This document shows positions 16,740 to 24,000 of a DNA stretch of 24,000 nt, piece after piece. The stretch covers positions 58,039 to 82,038 of the forward strand of contig JACRPC010000005.1 of NCBI GenBank assembly GCA_016214125.1. The letters are read 5' to 3'. Under the pieces are notes generated by a model. That model had not been told where the DNA came from. It worked only from the letters and a program-made list of their open reading frames with translations, and searched no databases. The stretch comes from Rhodospirillales bacterium. GTDB lineage: Bacteria > Pseudomonadota > Alphaproteobacteria > Rhodospirillales > WMHbin7. Both the position numbers and the translations under genes were made by a program. How positions within the stretch are numbered: the stretch's first letter is position 1; the number at the start of each line of letters is the position of its first letter.

Positions 16740-16769
16740 AGGATAGGCGCGGCCGGGCCGCCCCGTCAA
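16740..16769 (-). promoter_or_regulatory. Candidate sigma70-type promoter for the zauP-like/zapA/6S operon
   Basis: The minus strand reads TTGACG (16769-16764), then 18 nt, then TATCCT (16745-16740), about 27 nt upstream of the GTG at 16713. The -35 hexamer comes from the promoter-proximal copy of the 14-bp repeat. This is motif inspection only. Confidence 0.3.
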
Positions 16770-16848
16770 TCGACCAACGTCAATCGACCAACGTCAATCG
16801 ACCAACGTCAATCGACCAACGTCAATCGAGCAACGTCAATTGATCAGG
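16765..16848. repeat. 14-bp direct tandem repeat GTCAATCGACCAAC: 4 perfect copies, 1 copy with one substitution, and 1 degenerate copy (10/14)
   Basis: Counted directly. Units start at 16765, 16779, 16793 and 16807 (perfect), at 16821 (GTCAATCGAGCAAC) and at 16835 (GTCAATTGATCAGG, which contains the ABC ATPase stop codon). A further core, ATCGACCA, occurs at 16854-16861 inside the ATPase coding sequence. Confidence 0.95.
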
Positions 16849-17510
16849 CGCCCATCGACCATATGCACCTGGCGATGGCAAAGCGCAGCCAGCGTCGCAT
16901 CGTGGGTGACGGTGATCACCGCCCGGCCGTCGCTCTCGGCCAGACGTTTGAAAATGTCGAAGACCAGCCGGCCGTTCTTGCTGTCGAGGCTGCCGGTGGG
17001 CTCGTCGGCCAGAATCAGCCTGGGATCATTGGCGAGCGCGCGGGCGATCGCCACCCGCTGGCGCTGGCCGCCGGAAAGCTGGTCGGGCGTCTTCGCCTCC
17101 TCGCCCTGAAGGCCGAGATCGGCCAACAGCCCCATTGCCCGCTCGGTCTGCGCCTTCTGCCCGAACGCGCCTCGCTTGCGCATCGGCAAGGTGATGTTTT
17201 CCAAGACGGTAAATTCGGGCAGCAGGAAATGGAACTGGAAGACAAAGCCGACCGCTTCCAGCCTAAGCGCCGCCAGGGCGGAATCGTTCAAGGTGGTGGT
17301 TGGGCGACCCTCGATTTGGATGCTCCCCTCGGTCGGGCGGTCCAAGAGGCCCAGCAGATAGAGCAAGGACGATTTGCCCGAGCCCGAGGCGCCGCTGATC
17401 GCCACCAGCTCGCCCGGCTGGGCCTGGAAGTCGACCTCGCGCACCAGGGTAACCGGAACCGGACCGGGCAGGATGCGGGTAAGCCCGCGGGCCTCGATCA
17501 CGGCGTCCAT
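16836..17510 (-). CDS. ABC transporter ATP-binding protein (MacB/LolD/FtsE-type)
   Basis: Start taken at the ATG at 17510 (MDAVIEARGL...), which shares one nucleotide with the permease stop (TGATG). Walker A GASGSGKSSLL, signature LSGGQRQRVAIARAL, Walker B LILADEPTGSLD, and H-loop TVTHD. Confidence 0.95.
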   Translation of the reverse strand: MDAVIEARGLTRILPGPVPVTLVREVDFQAQPGELVAISGASGSGKSSLLYLLGLLDRPTEGSIQIEGRPTTTLNDSALAALRLEAVGFVFQFHFLLPEFTVLENITLPMRKRGAFGQKAQTERAMGLLADLGLQGEEAKTPDQLSGGQRQRVAIARALANDPRLILADEPTGSLDSKNGRLVFDIFKRLAESDGRAVITVTHDATLAALCHRQVHMVDGRLIN

Positions 17511-18754
17511 CAGGCGGCGCCTCGGATGATTTCGACCGGATTGACCCGCGACGCCTTGCGGGCCGGCAACCACGAGGCCAGGGTGGCCGACACCGCCGCC
17601 ACCAGCCCCGCCACCGCGTAATGGACCCAAGTGTAATAGAGCAGGAAGCCCTGCACCTCGGTGACCAGCTTGATCTCGAAACGCACCTGCGCCAGGCCCT
17701 GGCAGAGCGCCCAGCCCAAGCCCCAGCCCAACAGGGTGCCGATGATCCCCACCACCAGTCCCTCGACCAGGAAAACCGCGCGGATGTCGCCCGGATCGAA
17801 CCCCATCGATTTCAAGATGGCGATGTCGCGGGTTTTTTCGAACACCACGGTGGAGACGATGTTGAAGATGCCGAAGCTGGCGACGATCAGGATCGCCGAG
17901 ACGGTGGCGTACATGACGAAATTCCGCACCGTGAAGAAGCTGAGGAATCCCTCGTTCGCCTCCTGCCAGGATTCCGTCTTGTAGCCCCAGCGGGCTTCGA
18001 TGGCCTGCGCCACCTCGACGGCTTCGGTCGGCTCGTCCAAGCGCAGGCGAATTTGGCTCACCACATTCGGGCGGGCGGCGAGAATCTGCGCCTTTTTCAA
18101 GAGCATGTAGATTTCGCTCTCGTCCAAGGTGACGATGCCGGTGCGGTACATCCCCACCACTTTCATCTTCATCGACACCCCAGCGGCGGAGACGGCGGTC
18201 AAGATGCCGTTCATCTCGACCCCCAGCTTGCGCGCCAGACCGACGCCGATGATGATGCCGTTGGCGCCGGTCTCCAGCGCCATCAGCGAGCCCGCCGTCA
18301 TGTCGAGTTCGAGCCTCGAGGTCAGGCGCTCGCGCTGCGGCTCGACCCCCATCGCCGCCACTGCGACATCCTTGCCGCCATAGCGCAGGAAGATCTGGGT
18401 GCGCAGGGCCGGCGCCACCCGGGCGCCCGGAATTTCCTCGAGCGCCCGGACCTTGGCCATCGGGTCCTTGAGGCCACGCTCCTCGTCATGCGGGCGGATG
18501 CCGCGCACGAACACCGCCGCCAGCGGGTTGGCCAGACGCGACGGCTGGACGGGCGGTTCGCGGTATTCGTCTTTCACCACCACATGCGGCAGGTAATCGA
18601 CGATGCGGGTGAGAAAATCGCGCTGCGAGCCCTCGAGTAGCGCGGCGATGGCGATCGAGAACCCCACCCCCATCATGACGCCGGCGGTGGACACCAGGGT
18701 TTGGCGCCGGCGCGCCCGGATGTGCGAGAGCGCGATGTCGAAGATCAGCTTCAC
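17510..18754 (-). CDS. ABC transporter permease, MacB/LolCE-type (FtsX domain with a large periplasmic loop)
   Basis: GTG start at 18754 overlaps the MFP stop as GTGA. 414 aa: TM1 (LVSTAGVMMGVGFSIAIAAL), about 220 aa of periplasmic domain, then three C-terminal TM helices with the FtsX-like motif FEKTRDIAILKSMGF. The upstream 405 aa of the 819-aa track ORF were rejected. Confidence 0.9.
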   Translation of the reverse strand: MKLIFDIALSHIRARRRQTLVSTAGVMMGVGFSIAIAALLEGSQRDFLTRIVDYLPHVVVKDEYREPPVQPSRLANPLAAVFVRGIRPHDEERGLKDPMAKVRALEEIPGARVAPALRTQIFLRYGGKDVAVAAMGVEPQRERLTSRLELDMTAGSLMALETGANGIIIGVGLARKLGVEMNGILTAVSAAGVSMKMKVVGMYRTGIVTLDESEIYMLLKKAQILAARPNVVSQIRLRLDEPTEAVEVAQAIEARWGYKTESWQEANEGFLSFFTVRNFVMYATVSAILIVASFGIFNIVSTVVFEKTRDIAILKSMGFDPGDIRAVFLVEGLVVGIIGTLLGWGLGWALCQGLAQVRFEIKLVTEVQGFLLYYTWVHYAVAGLVAAVSATLASWLPARKASRVNPVEIIRGAA

Positions 18755-19761
18755 TTGCCGGACGGCTCCGGCGCCGCGACCACCCGGGTCCCGTCGGCAA
18801 GGCCGGGCGGCGGGCGGCGCACAATGACCTCGTCCTCGGCCAGGCCGGAAACGATCTCGATCCGGCTGTCGCCGACAACGCCCACCTTGACCGGCGTCCG
18901 GTAGGCGTGGCCGCCGCGAACCACGAAAATTCGCCCTTCGGCAAGCGCGCTGGCCGGCACCAGAAGTGTGCTCGCCACCTGGCGCACCACCACATTCACC
19001 TCGACGGTCATGCCGATCAAGAGCTTGGTGTCGTCGGGAAGCGCCAAGCGCACCCGATAGGTCTTGTTCACCGGGTCGCCCTTGGGGGTGATGTCGGCCA
19101 CCTTGCTTTCCAGGGCTTCGCTGGGATAGGCATCGGCCTTGAGCCAGGCGGTCTGGCCCAGCTTGACGCGGGCGATGTCTTCCTCGTCGATCTCGGCCTG
19201 CACGCGCAACGGCCGCGGCTCGCCCACCCAGAACAGCACTTGGCCGGGTTGGGCGACTTCGCCCGGCTCGCCGTCGCGGCGCAGGATCAGGCCGGCCTGC
19301 GGCGCCGTCAGGGTGTATTCGGAAAGCCGGCGCTGGGCGGCTTGGCGCGCCGCCTCGGCCTGATTGAGATCGCTTTGCACCTTTTCGCTCGATTGGCGGC
19401 TGGCCACTTCCCTTGCCGCCAGGGCGCGAATCCTTTCGGCATCGTCCTTGAGGAACTTCTCGCGCGCCGCCAGTTCCGAGACCCGCGCCTGCGCCTCGCC
19501 GGCATCGAGCCGCGCCAGCACCTGGCCCGCCGCCACTCGATCGCCTTCCTGCGCCGCCATGCTGATGATCCGCCCCGTCACCGTGGGCGCCACCTTGGCC
19601 CAGCGCACCGGCTCGACCGTGCCGGTGGCGTAAACGGCCTCGATCGCCGGCCCACGCTCGGGCTTGGTCATCGCCAGCGGCACCGGGCGCAAGACCCAGT
19701 AGGCGAGAAAGGCCACTCCCGCCAGGACCGGGACCAATACCAGCAGCGTCTTGAGCTTCAA
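18751..19761 (-). CDS. HlyD-family membrane fusion (periplasmic adaptor) protein
   Basis: TTG start at 19761 with GAGG 6 nt upstream. N-terminal anchor MKLKTLLVLVPVLAGVAFLAYWVL. Lipoyl/barrel motifs VAPTVTGRIISMAAQEGDRVAAGQVLARLD and LTAPQAGLIL, with a coiled-coil hairpin between them. Confidence 0.88.
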   Translation of the reverse strand: MKLKTLLVLVPVLAGVAFLAYWVLRPVPLAMTKPERGPAIEAVYATGTVEPVRWAKVAPTVTGRIISMAAQEGDRVAAGQVLARLDAGEAQARVSELAAREKFLKDDAERIRALAAREVASRQSSEKVQSDLNQAEAARQAAQRRLSEYTLTAPQAGLILRRDGEPGEVAQPGQVLFWVGEPRPLRVQAEIDEEDIARVKLGQTAWLKADAYPSEALESKVADITPKGDPVNKTYRVRLALPDDTKLLIGMTVEVNVVVRQVASTLLVPASALAEGRIFVVRGGHAYRTPVKVGVVGDSRIEIVSGLAEDEVIVRRPPPGLADGTRVVAAPEPSGK

Positions 19762-19813
19762 GCCCGACCTCGATTTCGACTATGATGATGCCGGCACAGT
19801 GTCGGGTAAAGGA

Positions 19814-20230
19814 ATGAAAATCAAGCAGAAGCTGCAGCCCTGGGTGGTCGTTCAGGATCTTGCCGAAGCGCGTTTGGCGCTTCGGCTGGCCGCTCGGCGC
19901 GGCCTGGCGGTCGGCCTTCTCAGCCCGCCCGACTGCGCCCGCATCCATGGCGCGCCCTGGTTCCTGCATTTGATCGACTTAGCCGGCGCCCGCCGCCAAG
20001 GCGCCTTGCGCGACCACGCGCTCGATTGCGCAAACGCGCCCGGCCTGGCGCTGGAAGCGCTTCGCCATGGCGCCGCGACGATCATTCTCAAGGCGCGTCC
20101 GAACGTCTTTGCCAAGGTGGCCGAGATCGCCGCCAAGCAAGGCGCCCGCCTGATCGCCCGACGCCCGTCCGCCCTCGCCAAGGTCGAGGCGGCGGCCCTG
20201 GTCGCCTATTACGACCGCTTCAAGACGTAG
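19814..20230 (+). CDS. Hypothetical protein (138 aa)
   Basis: ATG at 19814 preceded by AAAGGA. Third-position GC and amino-acid composition resemble the real genes here, whereas the opposite-strand ORF 19852..20181 is R/A/S-rich junk. I recognise no motif. It is divergent from the MFP gene and overlaps the TRAP permease 3' end by 22 nt. Confidence 0.5.
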   Translation: MKIKQKLQPWVVVQDLAEARLALRLAARRGLAVGLLSPPDCARIHGAPWFLHLIDLAGARRQGALRDHALDCANAPGLALEALRHGAATIILKARPNVFAKVAEIAAKQGARLIARRPSALAKVEAAALVAYYDRFKT

Positions 20231-22119
20231 GAATCGGGCTCGCGCTGGCGCCAAAGCCAAATCATGATCAGCAGCGATAGGGCAATCGCCACGATGCTGG
20301 GCACGGTATCCTGACCGGCCGGCATGCCGATCGCCACCGCCTGGAGGATGGCGACCACCGTGGTGCCCGCGCGTTCGACCCAACTGAGGGTTCGGAACAG
20401 AAACCCCTCGACCGAGGCCGACAGGAAGACGCAGCCCAAGCCGGCCACCGCAATCATTTGGATTTCGTGGGCGTCGCTGGGACCCATCAGCAACAGATCG
20501 GGCGAGAGCACGAACAGCACCGGGATGAAGAAGGCGGCCAGCCCCAGCTTCATCGCCTGATAGCCGGTGCGCATATAGCCGGCCCCGGCCAGCGACGCGC
20601 CGGCAAAGGCCGCCAGACAGACCGGCGGGGTGATCATCGACAGGCAGCCGTAATAGAAAACGTAAAGATGGGCGGCCATCGGCGTAATACCGGCCTTGAT
20701 CAGGGCCGGCGCAACCAGGGTGGCCAGCACGATGTAGACGGCGGTGGTCGGCATACCCATGCCCAGGATGATGGCGGCCAGGGCGGTCAAGAGCAGCAGC
20801 ATGGTCATGCTGCCGCCGGCGGTCTCGACGATGCCGAGGCTTAAGGTAAAGCCTAGGCCGGTGACCGACAGAACGCCGATCATCATGCCGGTCACCGCCA
20901 CCACCGGCACCAAGGACAACATGCCCTGGCCGGCATCCTCGAGAATTTCCATGAGTTGGCGGAGCGTCGGCCGCGTTTCGCGTTTGAGAAAAGCCGACAG
21001 CACCGCCGCCAAGGTGGCGTAAAGCGCGATCTTCAGGGGCGAAAGCGCGGTGGTGAACATCAGCCCCACCAGAAGAAACAGCGGCACCAGGAAGGGCCAG
21101 CCGTTGCGAAGCACGTCCTTGATTTCGGGTCGCTCCTCGCGGGTCAGCGGCCTGGCGCCGATGCGGCAGGCACGGAAATGACAATGCAGATAGACGCAGA
21201 AATAGAAGAGCAGCGCCGGAATCAGCGCCGCCTTGGCAACCTCGCTGTACGAGACCCCGAGATTGTTGGCCATGATGAAGGCCGCCGCCCCCATCACCGG
21301 CGGCATGATCTGGCCGCCCGTCGAGGCCACCGCCTCGATGGCGCCCGCTTCCTCGGGGCTGTAGCCCGATTTCTTCATCAGCGGAATGGTGATGATGCCG
21401 TCGGCCACCACGTTGGCGACCGCGCTGCCCGAGATGGTGCCGAACAGCGACGAGGACAGCACCGAGGTCTTGGCCGCCCCGCCCTTGAATCGCCCCATTA
21501 CCGAAAGGGCCAGGCCGATGAAGAGATCGCCGCCGCCCAGCTTGAAGAGCGCCGAGCCGAACAGCACATAGGCCAGCACGGTCGTCACCACCACCACCAA
21601 AGGCGTGCCGAACATGGCGTTGGGATCGAGGAAGAGATAGGCGATCAGTTCGTTCAGCTCGATGCTGCGGCCGCGCAGGAAGCCCGGAAACAGACCGGCC
21701 GACAGGCCGTAGAGGAAAAAGGTGACCAGGAGAATGATCATCGGCATCCCGGCGTTGCGGCGGGTGGTTTCGGCGACCATCAGGATCATCGCCACCGCCA
21801 GGGCCAGATTGAGCGGATCGCCGAGATAGCCCGAGCCGACGATGGTCTCGTAGCGCAGCCCGACATAAAGGGTGATCGCCAAGGCCAACGCCGCCAACAG
21901 GGCGTCATACCAGGGAAGCGGCGTCTTGGTTTCGGCGCGCGACTTGCCTGACAGCGTCGAGGTGAGGAAGATGTCGGCCACCGACAGGCCGAGAATGGCG
22001 ATGGCGATCTGTTCCTGCCACAGCAAGAGGCCGAACCAATCGGTGGGAATGTCAAGAATGAAGAGGATGCCGATCAGGGGAATCAACACCCTGAGGACAT
22101 AGGAGAGGCCAGCCAACAT
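20209..22119 (-). CDS. TRAP transporter fused 4TM/12TM permease (TAXI-type DctQM fusion)
   Basis: 636-aa polytopic membrane protein located directly downstream of a TAXI-family binding protein gene. Its size and composition are typical of the fused TRAP permease family (TIGR02123-like). Confidence 0.92.
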   Translation of the reverse strand: MLAGLSYVLRVLIPLIGILFILDIPTDWFGLLLWQEQIAIAILGLSVADIFLTSTLSGKSRAETKTPLPWYDALLAALALAITLYVGLRYETIVGSGYLGDPLNLALAVAMILMVAETTRRNAGMPMIILLVTFFLYGLSAGLFPGFLRGRSIELNELIAYLFLDPNAMFGTPLVVVVTTVLAYVLFGSALFKLGGGDLFIGLALSVMGRFKGGAAKTSVLSSSLFGTISGSAVANVVADGIITIPLMKKSGYSPEEAGAIEAVASTGGQIMPPVMGAAAFIMANNLGVSYSEVAKAALIPALLFYFCVYLHCHFRACRIGARPLTREERPEIKDVLRNGWPFLVPLFLLVGLMFTTALSPLKIALYATLAAVLSAFLKRETRPTLRQLMEILEDAGQGMLSLVPVVAVTGMMIGVLSVTGLGFTLSLGIVETAGGSMTMLLLLTALAAIILGMGMPTTAVYIVLATLVAPALIKAGITPMAAHLYVFYYGCLSMITPPVCLAAFAGASLAGAGYMRTGYQAMKLGLAAFFIPVLFVLSPDLLLMGPSDAHEIQMIAVAGLGCVFLSASVEGFLFRTLSWVERAGTTVVAILQAVAIGMPAGQDTVPSIVAIALSLLIMIWLWRQREPDSYVLKRS

Positions 22120-22146
22120 GAATGTTCCCCCGATTCGGATAGGACC

Positions 22147-22174
22147 CCGGCGCCGCCCTCCCCGGCGGCGCCGG
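22147..22174 (-). other. Intercistronic GC-rich stem-loop between the TAXI binding-protein and permease genes
   Basis: Perfect 11-bp inverted repeat CCGGCGCCGCC (22147-22157) / GGCGGCGCCGG (22164-22174) with a 6-nt loop, inside the 76-nt gap between the two cistrons. Confidence 0.5.
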
Positions 22175-22195
22175 CTGCCCGTTTTTATTTCGCCC

Positions 22196-23212
22196 TTATT
22201 TCGCCAACGCCAGCAATTCCTGTTGGCGGGCTTCCATCGCTGCCGTCCACACGCCCTTCGCCTTGAAAAAGGCGACCGAAGCCGGATGGTAGGGAATCGT
22301 CATGTCCACCGACGCCATGCGCGGCTGGGTCCAGTCGAGGAACTGCTTGTGGTACTCGACCAGCTCCTTGTTGTTGTTCCACAGGACATCGAGAACCTGG
22401 GTGATCATGGCATCGGGCAGCTTGTCGTGGCCGACCAGATAGAAATCGTATTCGAGAAAGAAGGCGTTGGCGGCATCAAGCTCGGTGGGAATGACTCCGG
22501 CCGCCTTCGCCACCCGGCCCGGCCCGAAGACCTGGACGGTGCGCTCGGTCGCCGCCTTGGAATTGTCGAGGCTCAGGAACCGCACCGGCACCTGGGCGTT
22601 CACTTCCTTGATCACCGCCATGTCGATGGCGGCGCAGAGCGCGGCGTCGGCGCGGCCCTCGCCCACCGCCTGCACCGCCGGCACCGTGCTGGTGACCGGC
22701 ACCACCTTGACCTCGTCCCAGGTGATGCCGCCATTGGCGATGATCGCCGAGGCGAGCTTGGCGCAGGTCTTGTGGGCCGAGAAGACGCCGGTCACCCGCT
22801 TGCCCTTGAGGTCGGCCATGCTGCGGATGGGCGAATCCTTGCGCACCAGCACGCTCACCTGATTGACGTAGCCGTTCGAGATCAGGCGCAGATTCTTATG
22901 GGTCTGGTTGTATTCGGGCGCTAGGCCACGAAAGGCCGAACCGACATCGTCGGCGTTGAGCAGACTGAAGGTGGCTTTGCCCTGATTGACCAGCGGCACC
23001 AGCACTTGCGGCCCACCATAGCCGGCGGCAATGGCTTTCACCTGGGTCTTCTGCGACAGCACCCCGGCCAGGGCGACACCGACGCCGTGGGCCAGCGAAC
23101 CGGCCGGCAGCGTGGCGATGTCGGCCTTGTATTCCTCGGCAGCGATACCCTGGGCCGTCGGAGTGGCCAGAATCAGGACCGCGCCGAGCAGGCGGATCGT
23201 CTTGGCAAACAT
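22196..23212 (-). CDS. TAXI-family TRAP transporter solute-binding protein
   Basis: AGGGAGGA SD upstream of the ATG at 23212. Signal peptide MFAKTIRLLGAVLILATPTAQGIAA. 338 aa. TAXI-like ATLPAGSLAHGVGVALAGVL and the C-terminal IPYHPASVAFFKAKG motif. Confidence 0.9.
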   Translation of the reverse strand: MFAKTIRLLGAVLILATPTAQGIAAEEYKADIATLPAGSLAHGVGVALAGVLSQKTQVKAIAAGYGGPQVLVPLVNQGKATFSLLNADDVGSAFRGLAPEYNQTHKNLRLISNGYVNQVSVLVRKDSPIRSMADLKGKRVTGVFSAHKTCAKLASAIIANGGITWDEVKVVPVTSTVPAVQAVGEGRADAALCAAIDMAVIKEVNAQVPVRFLSLDNSKAATERTVQVFGPGRVAKAAGVIPTELDAANAFFLEYDFYLVGHDKLPDAMITQVLDVLWNNNKELVEYHKQFLDWTQPRMASVDMTIPYHPASVAFFKAKGVWTAAMEARQQELLALAK

Positions 23213-23423
23213 GTCCTATCCTCCCTAACCATTTTGATTGTTGCCGTTCCGGTGTACGCCCTTGGAGTGCGTTCACGCCCGGCCCGGTCTGTTGCCGATC
23301 ATGCTAAGGGCGACGCCTCCCTCAGGCAAGCCCCACCCCCACACGCAAGGCGGCGCGCCCGCCAAGACCATCCATCATCGGACGATCCCGGTCGGACGCG
23401 CCGTGTTGGCGCGGAGGCGTTGC

Positions 23424-24000
23424 CTACTCCTTCAGCTTGGCGCCGGTCTCGAAGATGCGAATCGGCGGCACCGCGCCGGCGAAGCCCAATTCCTTCCAGC
23501 GCGCCGCCACCTGATCGTACATCGGCTTGGACAGCTTGGTGCGCTTGGAGAAATTCTTGATGTGCTTAAACTCCATGCAGGCATTGATCAGGCACTTCGA
23601 GCCCCAGGGCCGAATTTCCGGCGGGTTGAGGCTGGGATCGAGATAGGTGCTCCAGGTCTCGCGCAGGATCTCGATCGATTGCGCCGGCCGCGAGCGCGTC
23701 ACCATCGCCCAAATCACGTCGGAGAGGTTCGACGGATCGACGTCGTCATCGACCACCACCACGTATTTGGTGAAATAGGCGCCGCCGGTGCATTGCGCCG
23801 CCAAGGCCATGGTCTGGGCGGCATGACCGGCGTAGCGCTGCTCGATCGACACCACCGTCATGCCCCAGCCGGCCGCCTCGGGGGGCGACCAGACGCCCTT
23901 GATCCCCGGCACGCCCAGAAGATCGAGATCCGTCCACACCTTGGCCGCCTTGGCCAAGGCCCAGAACAGCCCGGCCTCGTTCGAGGGCCAATCGGCCATC
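23424..24000 (-). CDS. UbiD-family (prenyl-FMN-dependent) decarboxylase, C-terminal part; the gene continues beyond the window
   Basis: The ORF is open to the window end. The sequence ...GMTVVSIEQRYAGHAAQTMALAAQCTGGAYFTKYVVVVDDDVDPSNLSDVIWAMVTRSRP... matches the conserved UbiD C-terminal half (hGhakq...k.vvvVDdDiDp.d...V.WA..tR). Confidence 0.88.
   Translation of the reverse strand, partial: MADWPSNEAGLFWALAKAAKVWTDLDLLGVPGIKGVWSPPEAAGWGMTVVSIEQRYAGHAAQTMALAAQCTGGAYFTKYVVVVDDDVDPSNLSDVIWAMVTRSRPAQSIEILRETWSTYLDPSLNPPEIRPWGSKCLINACMEFKHIKNFSKRTKLSKPMYDQVAARWKELGFAGAVPPIRIFETGAKLKE

Noticed and set aside
16765-16848. Possible CRISPR array or minisatellite-encoded peptide
   Set aside because: The repeats are directly adjacent with no spacers and are only 14 bp long, so this is not a CRISPR array. 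The period is not divisible by 3 and the array lies after the stop codon of the only credible gene, so it is not a coding repeat.
17510-18754. Assignment as the lipoprotein-release permease LolC/E with LolD
   Set aside because: An HlyD-family adaptor gene is translationally coupled upstream, and there is only one permease gene. This fits MacAB/DevBCA-type efflux better than LolCDE. Phylogeny is needed to be certain.
16020-19785. + strand ORFs 16020..17621 (533 aa), 17621..18640 (339 aa) and 18907..19785 (292 aa)
   Set aside because: All are antisense to well-supported minus-strand genes (zapA, ABC ATPase, permease, MFP). They are R/G/A/H/D-rich with no recognisable domains. The apparent peptide repeat QSTNVNRPTSIDQR is only the translation of the 14-bp DNA repeat.
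18755-19969. N-terminal 405 aa of the 819-aa minus ORF that ends as the ABC permease
   Set aside because: It overlaps the HlyD-family gene out of frame with R/G/A/P-rich sequence. The permease has a proper GTG start at 18754, coupled to the MFP stop as GTGA.
22147-22190. Rho-independent terminator on the + strand (hairpin followed by TTTTTATTT)
   Set aside because: There is no credible + strand gene upstream to terminate, and 7 nt separate the stem from the T-run. The hairpin lies between two minus-strand cistrons, so I interpret it as an intercistronic element.
19979-22924. ORFs 19979..21184 (-), 20956..21951 (+) and 22118..22924 (+)
   Set aside because: They are out-of-frame or antisense shadows of the TRAP permease and TAXI binding-protein genes, with low-complexity R/G/H/D composition.
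23213-23423. 211-nt gap between the ubiD-like and TAXI genes as a possible sRNA or riboswitch
   Set aside because: I found only a short 6-bp hairpin (CGCGCC-AACAC-GGCGCG on the minus strand, plus coordinates about 23399-23415), with no U-tract and no recognisable riboswitch core. This is most simply a promoter and 5'-UTR region.

Overview
High-GC (roughly 65%) chromosomal segment. Gene content and synteny look alphaproteobacterial, possibly Rhodospirillales-like, but the taxon is a guess. I can support 24 protein-coding genes, one ncRNA, one tandem repeat and two small regulatory candidates. Layout, left to right: (i) + strand operon tctB-tctA-tctC(Bug)-ThDP enzyme-aldehyde dehydrogenase (1-6106). 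(ii) - strand dCache-PAS-GGDEF-EAL sensor (6063-8750) and a secreted 409-aa protein of unknown function (8866-10095). (iii) + strand orphan cytoplasmic reductive-dehalogenase-family protein (10183-11460), efp, suhB, and a 255-aa protein that reads by eye as a degenerate GGDEF domain with a retained I-site. (iv) - strand string of zauP-like, zapA, 6S RNA, 5-formyl-THF cyclo-ligase, YmdB-like phosphoesterase and rhomboid protease (13783-16713). (v) A 14-bp tandem repeat of about 5.5 copies (16765-16848) that starts inside the stop-codon region of (vi) an MFP / MacB-type permease / ATPase efflux operon (16836-19761). (vii) A small divergent ORF. (viii) A TAXI-TRAP transporter and a partial UbiD-family decarboxylase (20209-24000). 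I see no transposase, integrase, tRNA, CRISPR array, toxin-antitoxin pair or recognisable defence gene, and I could not identify a clear novel multi-gene system. The items most worth follow-up are the orphan RdhA-like protein, the 14-bp repeat that supplies TTGACG hexamers upstream of the zapA/6S operon, the 6S RNA packed between zapA and the cyclo-ligase gene, and the degenerate GGDEF protein. Many long ORFs in the supplied track are antisense or out-of-frame artefacts of high GC and were rejected.
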